Source: Chloroflexota bacterium (GTDB taxonomy: Bacteria; Chloroflexota; Dehalococcoidia; GIF9; UBA5629). From it: DNA of 64,000 bases. The notes below the pieces were generated by a model that worked only from the letters and a program-made list of their open reading frames with translations, was not told the DNA's origin and did no database searches. Positions 19,376-27,723 of the stretch are shown here, one piece after another. The DNA lies in the NCBI GenBank assembly GCA_016865855.1, contig VGNX01000003.1, positions 4,147-68,146 on the forward strand, in the 5' to 3' direction. The translations under genes and the position numbers were made by a program. Every line of letters begins with the position of its first letter. The stretch's first letter is position 1.

Positions 19376-19399
19376 GAAAAACGAGGTTTTTCATGGGTA
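19369..19399 (-). promoter_or_regulatory. 14-bp perfect hairpin covering the nuoA start codon, with an 8-codon upstream mini-ORF
   Basis: TACCCATGAAAAAC (19369-19382) and GTTTTTCATGGGTA (19386-19399) are exact reverse complements with a 3-nt loop. The nuoA ATG lies in one arm and a second ATG in the other arm. Confidence 0.5.
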
Positions 19400-19599
19400 C
19401 TAAAATGCCGTCTGAAAGTATAGCACACACACAAAAGAAAGGGCAAAGCTTGACTGTAGTACCCCCGCATGTCACCCTGAGCGACAGCGAAGGGACTCTA
19501 GATTCTTCGCTCCACTCAGAATGACAGGTAGGATTTCCAAGGAGCAAGCTTGACTATAGAATAAGTCAATGTATAATATGCTGACAAAGGTTCTGGACA

Positions 19600-20154
19600 A
19601 TGCGAATTACCGGTGGTATTGCTAAGGGGCAACAATTGAAGGTGCCCAAGAACGATTTAGTTCGCCCAACAACAGACAGGGTGAGAGAAGCCATCTTTTC
19701 CATTCTTGCATCACTCACTAGTCACTGGTCTCGAGGGCTAGACTTGTTTGCTGGCACCGGCGCCCTGGGTATCGAAGCCTTAAGCCGCGATGCGGAGTGG
19801 GTCGACTTCGTTGACCAACAACCCAAAAGTTGTGCTATCATTAAACAGAATTTGTACAAGGTCGGATTTTCACAAAAAGCTCATGTCTACTGCTGCAGTG
19901 TAGCTAAGGCCCTTACCTTTCTTGACAGCAAATATGATATTGTATTTATGGATCCACCTTACTCAGACCCGTCAATAAATCATGTTGCAATGCAATTGGC
20001 CAATTCAAAAGTCATAGATGACAAATCTCTAATCGTAATCTCCCACGCTTCCCGCTTTCCACTACAACAAAGTTATGATGGCCTATCTCTAATCAAAGAA
20101 AAACGGTATGGTGACACCTGCATTTCGATATACCGCAAGGAGGTTAAACATTGA
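19600..20154 (+). CDS. rsmD: 16S rRNA (guanine966-N2)-methyltransferase RsmD
   Basis: 184 aa starting MRITGG..KG..L, with RPTTDRVREAIFSIL, LFAGTGALGIEALSR and the DPPY motif. Confidence 0.85.
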   Translation: MRITGGIAKGQQLKVPKNDLVRPTTDRVREAIFSILASLTSHWSRGLDLFAGTGALGIEALSRDAEWVDFVDQQPKSCAIIKQNLYKVGFSQKAHVYCCSVAKALTFLDSKYDIVFMDPPYSDPSINHVAMQLANSKVIDDKSLIVISHASRFPLQQSYDGLSLIKEKRYGDTCISIYRKEVKH

Positions 20155-20666
20155 CTGTTGCTATCTATCCCGGCAGCTTTGACCCTATAACTCATGGACA
20201 CATCGATATCATCAAGCGGGCATCATCAATATTCGATGAGTTAATCGTCGGTGTTTATGACAGGCCTGAGAAACGACTTCTTTTCTCTACCGAAGAACGA
20301 GTGCGGATGGCCCAGCAAGCGATAGCTCATCTGAAGAACGTCCGAGTCCAATCTTACTCTAGCCTTACAGTTGATTTCGCTAAGAAGGTGGGCGCGCAGG
20401 TTATGGTCAGAGGGCTGCGGATGAGCTCCGATTTTGAACGAGAGTTTGAGATGGCGATGATGAACAAAAAGCTGGCACCTGACCTTGAGCTGGTCTGTTG
20501 CATGGCAAGCTTGCAGTATCAATTCCTCAGCTCCAGCCTGCTCAAGGAAGTAGCTCAACTGGGAGGTTGCCTCGAGGAGATGGTGCCAGACCACGTTGCT
20601 GCTGCCTTGAGGGGAAGGTTCGCCCCAGAGGCTTGTCCCCCCTCAAGAAAGGGGGTATCACGCTGA
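20151..20666 (+). CDS. coaD: Phosphopantetheine adenylyltransferase
   Basis: N-terminus AIYPGSFDPITHGHIDII is the CoaD signature. 4-nt overlap with rsmD. Confidence 0.9.
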   Translation: MTVAIYPGSFDPITHGHIDIIKRASSIFDELIVGVYDRPEKRLLFSTEERVRMAQQAIAHLKNVRVQSYSSLTVDFAKKVGAQVMVRGLRMSSDFEREFEMAMMNKKLAPDLELVCCMASLQYQFLSSSLLKEVAQLGGCLEEMVPDHVAAALRGRFAPEACPPSRKGVSR

Positions 20667-20734
20667 GACAATGAGCAAAAAAAACTACAATTAAGAGCAA
20701 TATATAACAAAATCTAAGGAGGTTAACTTAAAAA

Positions 20735-21001
20735 ATGGCGTACAAAATCACTGATGAATGCATTAACTGCGGCGCCTGCGAGCCGGAATGCAAGAACGAA
20801 GCTATCAAAGAAGGGGAGCCAATATACGTAATCGACCCCGCTAAGTGCACTGAATGCATTGGCTGGTTTGCATCACCTAAATGCGTTGAGGTATGCCCAG
20901 TAGATTGTTGTGTTGCTGACCCTGCCCATAAGGAAAGCCGTGAACAGCTGCTGGATAAGTGGAAGAAACTTCACCCCGGCAAAACCCCAGAAGCTACATA
21001 A
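20735..21001 (+). CDS. YfhL-type 2x[4Fe-4S] ferredoxin
   Basis: 88 aa with [11 protein letters not shown] and CTEC...CVEVCP. AGGAGG 10 nt upstream. Confidence 0.85.
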   Translation: MAYKITDECINCGACEPECKNEAIKEGEPIYVIDPAKCTECIGWFASPKCVEVCPVDCCVADPAHKESREQLLDKWKKLHPGKTPEAT

Positions 21002-21193
21002 TCAAAATCTCAGAAATATAAATTATCTTAAAGAATTAAGCCAGCAATCCTTGTCATTCTGAGCCCAAAGGGCGAAGAATTTCATAGCCTTCTCAGAGCC
21101 TACCCTGAGTGAGATTCTTCGCGGAGCCTCTCCTGAGCTAGATTCTTCGGGCGCTTCGCTCTCTCAGAATGACAAAGGGCGAAGGGCTCACAA

Positions 21194-21340
21194 GCTGTCC
21201 GAAAATGTAGTCCCGACCCTTTAGGGTCGGGCTCCCGAGGCTAAAGCCTCGGAGCTACATGTTTAATGTGTATCACCAATGAGCTATAATTTTTCCCACA
21301 AAGTGGGAGAGACAGATTGCCAGTTAGAGTTTTCGGACAG
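21194..21340. mobile_element. 147-bp MITE-like element with 12-bp perfect terminal inverted repeats
   Basis: GCTGTCCGAAAA (21194-21205) and TTTTCGGACAGC (21329-21340) are exact reverse complements. The interior carries a family-1 double hairpin and is near-identical to 61652-61789. Confidence 0.75.
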
Positions 21341-21397
21341 CCTCCTCAGAATGACACAAGACAATGATGTCACAAAAGTACATCTGGGATATCATGA

Positions 21398-22126
21398 ATG
21401 CTTACCATCGACTATGACCTCATAGGAATTAAGGATGGTGAGCGAGTCCTAGATGTTGGCTGCGGCGAAGGCAGACACAGCTGGGAAGCATGCAAGCGAA
21501 ATGATTGCCTGGTTTGTGCCTTGGATATCGAAGAGGTGGACCTCAAGAAGGCACATTACGCCCTTTATCTCATGGAACAACAGGGCGAAACCAAGGGAAA
21601 ATGGCTTTTACTTAAGGGAGACGTAACAAGCCTCCCCTTCAAAGATGCCTCTTTTGATAAAATCATCTGCTCTGAGGTTCTGGAGCACGTCCCCGACGAC
21701 ATTCAAGGTATCAGGGATCTGGTGAGAGTGCTGAAAGACGATGGCACGCTTGCCGTCAGCGTCCCATCGTATCTACCTGAAACTATTTGCTGGAAATTAT
21801 GCCGCATGTACCATGACCGCCCCGGAGGTCACATCAGAATATACAAATCCAGCGAAATCATCTCTAAGCTACAACAAAACAACCTAGCCATCTATGCCGT
21901 CCGCCGCAAACATGCCCTACATTCCTTCTACTGGATATCCCGCTGCCTCTTCGGGGTAAACAACGAAAAGGCTATAATCCCTTCTCTTTACTACAAATTC
22001 CTAGTGTGGGACATAAATAACGAAAGGTTACCTGTCCGCCTGCTCGATAGCTTCCTTAACAACTTCTTCTCCAAAAGCCTAGTCCTTTATGCCCGCAAGG
22101 CTCAGAATCCTGACCACAACCTCTGA
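21398..22126 (+). CDS. Class I SAM-dependent methyltransferase
   Basis: 242 aa with motif I VLDVGCGEGRH and the Methyltransf_11-like FDKIICSEVLEHV. Confidence 0.8.
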   Translation: MLTIDYDLIGIKDGERVLDVGCGEGRHSWEACKRNDCLVCALDIEEVDLKKAHYALYLMEQQGETKGKWLLLKGDVTSLPFKDASFDKIICSEVLEHVPDDIQGIRDLVRVLKDDGTLAVSVPSYLPETICWKLCRMYHDRPGGHIRIYKSSEIISKLQQNNLAIYAVRRKHALHSFYWISRCLFGVNNEKAIIPSLYYKFLVWDINNERLPVRLLDSFLNNFFSKSLVLYARKAQNPDHNL

Positions 22127-22264
22127 GAGAGTCACACTCTCCCTAAAAGGGAGAGTGTTGGGGTGATGGTGAAATTGTAGGGACAGACCTTCAGGTCTGT
22201 CCGAGGCGAATTTCGGACAGGTTTAAAAACCTGTCCCTACATTGCTTTTGGAGTGCTCCACCTC

Positions 22265-23000
22265 TCAATTTTTAGGCTTACATCTCAATATAACAACGTC
22301 ACTGAGAGAAGGAAGTCGCCGAGCTACTCCATCCAGCGAATTTAATATGGCGAGCGATACGCCTTTGGGACACTTAGCCAGAAACATGCCCCACCACGGA
22401 AGCCCAAAAAGCAACGACACTCCGGTAGCTCGTTCTATCGCAAGATAGCCATTCACCAGCCGCCTGAGAAATGAATAATCGAATTTATGTATATGGTCAG
22501 GCGGCACTTCCCACGGCATCCTACCTTCCGGGGCTTTGAAACCGAGCTTCTTCCTGAAGAACCATACCATTTTCCCTAGCTTAAAGCCAAGGCTTTCAAA
22601 ATTGGCTATGGCTATTATCGCTTTACCTTCAGGTTTAAGCACCATGGCAATTTGACCTATAACCATCGCCGGGTAGAGAAAGTGGTCCAGAGCTCCTTTA
22701 CACACAATCTTGTCCACAGACTGAGCCTGGAACGGCAGATGCTCACCCACCCCCTGAACCACACTCATACTCGTTCCGTTTTGAGAGATATGATTCTTGG
22801 CATGCCTTATCATTACATTTGAAGGCTCAAGCCCGATAACCACCGCCCCTTTCTTGGCCAGCTCCACGCCATCAATACCCCTACCGCATCCGATATCCAA
22901 TATCGCTTCCCCACCTCTCGGATTCACGCTCTCAAGGGTAACTTCGTTCATCCTCCGGAATAGGAAATCCGCGTCCGGATAAACTACCGTAGGAAAGATA
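22265..23000 (-). CDS. Class I SAM-dependent methyltransferase (start uncertain)
   Basis: ILDIGCGRGIDG motif I and a type-11 core. The first ~55 codons of the track ORF (to 23203) translate repeat elements (SLRAKRSNL, PSPFKGEG, CHVANAPRDD) and are probably not coding. The candidate start is MNEVTL or an unseen alternative. Confidence 0.7.
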
Positions 23001-23040
23001 TCCCCATCATCCCACTCAAAGTCAAACTTAGAGTGTTTGT

Positions 23041-23194
23041 TGTCATTGCAAGGGGCACTTCTGCTGTCATCGCGAGGAGCGTTAGCAACGTGGCAATCTC
23101 TCCCCGAGTTCCCCTCTCCCTTGAAGGGAGAGGGTCGGGGTGAGGGTGAAACCATCAGATTGCTTCGCTTCGCTCGCAATGACAGAAAAAAAGT
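23041..23194. repeat. Family-3 repeat interrupted by a nested family-4 repeat
   Basis: GCAACGTGGCAATCTC [TCCCCGAGTTCCCCTCTCCCTTGAAGGGAGAGGGTCGGGGTGAGGGTGAAACCATC] AGATTGCTTCGC. The uninterrupted version is at 14329-14393. Confidence 0.85.
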
Positions 23195-23199
23195 TGTCC

Positions 23200-24003
23200 T
23201 CACTTGGCACCTAAAGCCTTAGCCTTATTGTAGGCGGCAATGACCGCCTGAAGTAGCAGAGAACGCAGACCGCCCGTCTCCAACTGCAGCAGCCCCTCGG
23301 TGGTCGTCCCTCCCGGCGATGTCACCATATTCCTTAGCTCAGCCGGATGTTTACCCATCGCCTCGACAGCTCGCGTCGAACCCAGCACCGTCTGCACCAC
23401 CAGCTTTTCAGCCATATCACGGGGCAAGCCTATATGGACACCGGCATCAACCAGCGCCTCGATAACGAGGAAAACATAAGCCGGACCGCTGCCGCTTAAG
23501 GCGGTCGCCATGTCTATATATTTCTCGCCACCGACATAGATTTCCTTGCCCAATGCAGCCAGTATGGACTGTGCCATCTCCTTCTGACGCTGATTCACCT
23601 CGGAGGTAGCTGACCATACCGTTATGCCTTCGCCTATCTGCGCCGGCATATTAGGCATCGCCCGAACCAGGCAGGAATGTCCCAGCCCTTCGCGTAAGCC
23701 CTCCAAAGTGGCCCCGGCCACTATGGACAACACCAGCTGCTGAGGCGATAGCCCCTTCTTCATTTCGCCCAGTACCTTGCCCAGTTCCTGCGGCTTCACC
23801 GCCAAAACAACCACTTCAGCCCCCTTCACCACCTCCCGGGTGTCAGCCGCAGCCCTGACGCCATATCTCTCTTTCAAGATATCCCGTCGTGCTTCGCTGA
23901 CATCGCTGACAGTGATATCAGCAGGTTTAACCGCTCCTTTAGCCAGCAAGCTCTTAATCATCGCCTCCCCCATAACTCCACCACCGATAAAACCTATCTT
24001 CAT
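23200..24003 (-). CDS. proC: Pyrroline-5-carboxylate reductase
   Basis: 267 aa with MKIGFIGGGVMGEAM and C-terminal SPGGTTTEGLLQLE. Confidence 0.9.
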   Translation of the reverse strand: MKIGFIGGGVMGEAMIKSLLAKGAVKPADITVSDVSEARRDILKERYGVRAAADTREVVKGAEVVVLAVKPQELGKVLGEMKKGLSPQQLVLSIVAGATLEGLREGLGHSCLVRAMPNMPAQIGEGITVWSATSEVNQRQKEMAQSILAALGKEIYVGGEKYIDMATALSGSGPAYVFLVIEALVDAGVHIGLPRDMAEKLVVQTVLGSTRAVEAMGKHPAELRNMVTSPGGTTTEGLLQLETGGLRSLLLQAVIAAYNKAKALGAK

Positions 24004-24005
24004 TG

Positions 24006-24671
24006 CTACCTCCTATTGCCGAAAATAGCCCGACCTATCCTGAGCATGGTCGCCCCTTCCTCAATTGCCACCTCGAAATCATCGGTCATCCCCATAGACA
24101 GATGCTCCAGACCCAGAGAATCTCGCAGCTCTCGCAGCTTCCGAAACACCGGACGAACTTCCTCAAGCTCAGCCGCCAGCGGGGCAATGGTCATCAGCCC
24201 CACCAACCTCAGATTAGGCAACTGCCTTATCTCTTCGACCACCACCGCAATCTCATTTACAGCGAAACCGCTCTTGGTTGCCTCTCCAGAAACATTAACC
24301 TGAAGCAAAACAGGGAGGGTTTTCTCCGCTCGCCGACTCAAAATTTCGGCCAGCCTTACAGAATCAACGCTGTGAATTATGTCAAATAGCTCCAAGGCTC
24401 TCTTAACCTTATTGCTCTGAAGGTGTCCCACCATGTGCCAGATGACATCCGGCTTAAGGCCTGCAAGCTGTCCTATCTTATCTTCTGCTTCCTGGACTCG
24501 GTTCTCGCCGAAATGCCTTATCCCGCAGTCGAAAGCCGCCCTTATCGCCGAAATCCCAACCTCCTTGGTGACCACCACCAGCGTTATCTCACATGGCGAC
24601 CTATGGCTTCGCTCACAAGCCCGGGCGATACGCCTTTGCACTTCTCGAATGTTCGCCGCTATATCCACCAT
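24006..24671 (-). CDS. yggS: YggS-family pyridoxal-phosphate homeostasis protein
   Basis: ITLVVVTKEV...HFGENRVQEAEDK...WHMVGHLQSNK...SMGMTDDFEVAIEEGATMLRIG. Probable start is MVDIAANI (24671) rather than 24719. Confidence 0.88.
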   Translation of the reverse strand: MVDIAANIREVQRRIARACERSHRSPCEITLVVVTKEVGISAIRAAFDCGIRHFGENRVQEAEDKIGQLAGLKPDVIWHMVGHLQSNKVKRALELFDIIHSVDSVRLAEILSRRAEKTLPVLLQVNVSGEATKSGFAVNEIAVVVEEIRQLPNLRLVGLMTIAPLAAELEEVRPVFRKLRELRDSLGLEHLSMGMTDDFEVAIEEGATMLRIGRAIFGNRR

Positions 24672-24798
24672 CCTTATTCTAACACGCCTAGAAATGACTT
24701 TTCGATGCTGTCCAGCCAATCAACAAGAAGTAAATCTATAAAAACAGGTGCTCAACGCCATTAACGCAACGACCACACGAGAGAACCCAAATCAAGGC

Positions 24799-25179
24799 TC
24801 ACTGAACATTACAAACTCGCCAGCCTTCATCAACCCACAACCCTACGAGCTGGACATTCAAACCCCAATGCCTGACTGTTTCAATTGCAGAAAGGATGTG
24901 AGCTATCTGTGTATCTTTATCAGCAGGATTTCCGGCGCAGTCATGATGCCCCGCTATAGCAACGAGCTTCGAATTATGACGCTCAACCGAGATCTTAACC
25001 CTTCTTTTAATGGATTCAATAATACCCACGTCATCATTTTCCGCTAATATTTTGTTTGGGCCTGGCTCAGTAACCAAGTCAACATAATCAACACCATACA
25101 CACTTTTCAAATATTCGATTACAGGTATCTGTGTCCTGCCATCCATGCACTTGATAGCGGTCCCAAATTTATTACCCAT
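24799..25179 (-). CDS. Small beta-carbonic-anhydrase-like zinc-site protein (function uncertain)
   Basis: 126 aa with CMDGR near the N-terminus and HHDCAG later, matching the CxDxR / HxxC ligand pattern of beta-class carbonic anhydrases but in a much shorter protein. Confidence 0.4.
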   Translation of the reverse strand: MGNKFGTAIKCMDGRTQIPVIEYLKSVYGVDYVDLVTEPGPNKILAENDDVGIIESIKRRVKISVERHNSKLVAIAGHHDCAGNPADKDTQIAHILSAIETVRHWGLNVQLVGLWVDEGWRVCNVQ

Positions 25180-25248
25180 CTCTATTCACCTCTATAGTTT
25201 TACTAGCTTGCAACAGCCACCAAGCATCTTCATCACTGTAACTTACCC

Positions 25249-25370
25249 GTCATTGCAACCTCTTTCGCCTCATGCCATTCTGAACCTTCCCACTTGTCAT
25301 TCTGAGCCTTCCCACTTGTCATTCTGAGTCTTCCCCTTTGTCATTCTGAGCGTAGCGAAGAATCTCTCCA
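25249..25370. repeat. Tandem array of truncated GTCATTCTGAG arms (22-bp period) ending in a full family-2 element
   Basis: Unit starts at 25249, 25274, 25296, 25318 and 25340. The last unit continues GTCATTCTGAGCGTAGCGAAGAATCTC. Confidence 0.88.
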
Positions 25371-25500
25371 CCCTCCCTTAACGGGAGAGGATCAGGGTGA
25401 GGGTGATACTTCAGCATGAGATTCTTCGGTCACGGAGTTTACCCTGAGTTGAGATTCTTCAGTCGCTTCGCTCCTTCAGAATGACAAAAAGAAAAACACC

Positions 25501-26148
25501 CTACGGTTTCTTAAACCGCACGGTATAATTAAAGAAGTTCCCCGATACCTTATCCAGGGCAAAACCAGCTTCTTTGCCTAGCTTAATGGTGGTAGACTTC
25601 CAGGGATAATCGGGGTCAGGGAACAATTCCGTTACCGCCAGAATGCCTCCCGGTTTCAACACCCTCTTTACCTCGTGCAAAGCCCTGTTTCTATCAGGTA
25701 TCTCTTGCAGGACCGTAACCATGTAAACGAGGTCGAGAGAACCATTATCAAACGGCAACTCATAGGCATTGCCTTCAATCAGCTTAATATTCTTGATGTT
25801 TTTGTTTTCAGGTCTGGACAGCTTTCTCTCAAGCTGCTCCAGCATCTCTGGCTGAATATCAAAAGCGTACACTTTCCCCTTCTCACCGACAGCCCTAGCC
25901 ACAAAAGTAGTAAACGCTCCGCTACCGCAACCTAAGTCGAGCACACGCATGTCCTCTTTTATGCCGCTGCGCTGTATAAACTTATCCGGCGGCTGTATCC
26001 TCCTCCTGTAGTTACTATCCAGAAGACGCCCGATAAACGCCGGCGCCGGAAAACGAACCAGCTTCCTGATTAACTTAGCCACGCTGAGCCAGAAGATAGG
26101 GAAGGCCAGAATTACTAATATGATTAGTAGTATGATTTTTAGTGCCAT
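25501..26148 (-). CDS. Class I SAM-dependent methyltransferase with N-terminal membrane anchor
   Basis: 215 aa with a hydrophobic N-terminus, motif I VLDLGCGSGAFT and LKPGGILAV. Confidence 0.8.
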   Translation of the reverse strand: MALKIILLIILVILAFPIFWLSVAKLIRKLVRFPAPAFIGRLLDSNYRRRIQPPDKFIQRSGIKEDMRVLDLGCGSGAFTTFVARAVGEKGKVYAFDIQPEMLEQLERKLSRPENKNIKNIKLIEGNAYELPFDNGSLDLVYMVTVLQEIPDRNRALHEVKRVLKPGGILAVTELFPDPDYPWKSTTIKLGKEAGFALDKVSGNFFNYTVRFKKP

Positions 26149-26200
26149 AAGTGCCTGACCAACAAGTCAAGAATCCTATACCGAGTTCCCTGAAACTTCT

Positions 26201-27427
26201 CTAAGAGGAAATCCCCCCTCCTCCACCTTCGTTAGTCTTTCCGCTTTTCCACCCAGTTCTTCCTTCAATCGAAATACTATTGGGAGCATTTAACATTTTT
26301 CTCTCTAACTGGCAAACCTGGGTGAAAATACAATATCCGTCATCCCTAAAAATCAACCTGTCTTGTGGAACTAGACTCTCCAACCTTTTTTCCGCTATCT
26401 CTTTTTCTGGTGGACAAATGCGTTTGCTTGGTCGACAGGCTATCTTGCCAAGTCTAAAGATCAGATAGTCCATTGATGCTGGCGTTGGTGGTCTATGATT
26501 CTTAGGAATTTCACCCCACTTTTCCCACACCTCTCTCCACGATTCACGGTTTAATCTATCTACCATTGAATACTGATAGCAAAAAACATCCAAGAAACTT
26601 GCAAGTAAGGGGATGCGAAATTGGATAATCCCTGTTCTCAACGCCACCCTCATAGTATTTTTGTCGCTCATGACATCCAATTTCTCCACATTTCTTTTGT
26701 ATTTCCATACACTTAAATCAGCCATGTCTCTTAAGAACATGTGAGACTTTTTGATAGAAAAACCATATTTCTCTTCTGCTGTTAACGACTTCACTATCTC
26801 AACGACATCTCCATCATGAACCTTGTTAATTGCATATGCCGACGAGTTATATTGTTCCACCAGTAATCTTGCAGAATTCAACATCCAAGGTTTTCGTTTG
26901 TCTCTCTGTGACTGGGCCCCAAGAAAATTAAGAAGTTCGTCTACCAATAAAGCATTATTCATTACTTTTTCAGGCCTGAAACAATTGGGGTGTCTTTTGT
27001 AAAATTCAAATGGATTGCTTCTTGCATGGACGTCGATATTGAAATCTTGGATTGCGGTAAAAAACCTTACATTAGCAATTTCCTCTTCGGTCAAATCAAG
27101 GGTATCTAATTGGACTCTGATAATATTACTTTTATAGATACCTTCCAACACTTTGGCTACTGTTAGACACTCCCCTTTCGGATTGATCTTCGGAGACAAT
27201 ACCTTTTCGTGGTTTTCTTCCCAGTATCTGTGAAATTCTGAAATATATTCAGAAGGCAAAATTGCTTTTTTCTGATAAAGAAAACTATTAATTTCATTCA
27301 GTATATTTGCTGCTAATTTGTATTCGTCTTCGCCCTCAAATTCTCCAATCTTAAACCTTATTCCGCAATGCTGTGCAAGCTTTTCAAGAAATTCGAGAAA
27401 ATTTGACATAAATGCGCTATCTCCCAT
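26201..27427 (-). CDS. HhH-GPD-like protein with EndoIII-type 4-Cys cluster (putative DNA glycosylase), AT-rich island gene 3
   Basis: Track ORF is 26201-27457. Likely start is M11 (27427) or M17 (27409). HhH-like YGFSIKKSHMFLRDMADL (aa 231-248), LDVMSDKNTMRVALRTGI (aa 260-277, compare EndoIII VDTHIFRV..R), and C341-x6-C348...C376-x5-C382. Confidence 0.5.
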   Translation of the reverse strand: MGDSAFMSNFLEFLEKLAQHCGIRFKIGEFEGEDEYKLAANILNEINSFLYQKKAILPSEYISEFHRYWEENHEKVLSPKINPKGECLTVAKVLEGIYKSNIIRVQLDTLDLTEEEIANVRFFTAIQDFNIDVHARSNPFEFYKRHPNCFRPEKVMNNALLVDELLNFLGAQSQRDKRKPWMLNSARLLVEQYNSSAYAINKVHDGDVVEIVKSLTAEEKYGFSIKKSHMFLRDMADLSVWKYKRNVEKLDVMSDKNTMRVALRTGIIQFRIPLLASFLDVFCYQYSMVDRLNRESWREVWEKWGEIPKNHRPPTPASMDYLIFRLGKIACRPSKRICPPEKEIAEKRLESLVPQDRLIFRDDGYCIFTQVCQLERKMLNAPNSISIEGRTGWKSGKTNEGGGGGISS

Positions 27428-27707
27428 CTCTAAAGAATTTTGCCTCCCCAGTGGCAAGGTTTAATTCTATTATCCCTATTGTTTCACCAACAGGCTTGTG
27501 GGCAGCCTGTGCGGTATCGTAGATATCAATTACGATAGCCTCTTTTTTCTCAAAAGTAATATGCACGGTTCTATCTAGTTCGTTATCAACGTAGAACCCC
27601 TCAAGTTCACCCATTCTAAAAACTCTTGAACCTTTCTTTTCTCCCCTTCTATATATTGCCACAGAAGGTTCCATAGGAATATACTTGTCAACCTTGTGCC
27701 ATGTCAT
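27417..27707 (-). CDS. Hypothetical 96-aa protein, AT-rich island gene 2
   Basis: ORF tightly packed between the methyltransferase and the 418-aa gene. No motif recognised. Confidence 0.5.
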   Translation of the reverse strand: MTWHKVDKYIPMEPSVAIYRRGEKKGSRVFRMGELEGFYVDNELDRTVHITFEKKEAIVIDIYDTAQAAHKPVGETIGIIELNLATGEAKFFRDGR

Positions 27708-27723
27708 AGTTTTACCCCCTTTC

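Noticed and set aside
22949-23203. N-terminal ~85 codons of track ORF 22265-23203
   Set aside because: The first ~55 codons translate family-3 and family-4 repeat DNA (SLRAKRSNL, PSPFKGEG, CHVANAPRDD) and the ORF start overlaps the proC stop. The extension is probably an artefact and the true start lies further downstream.
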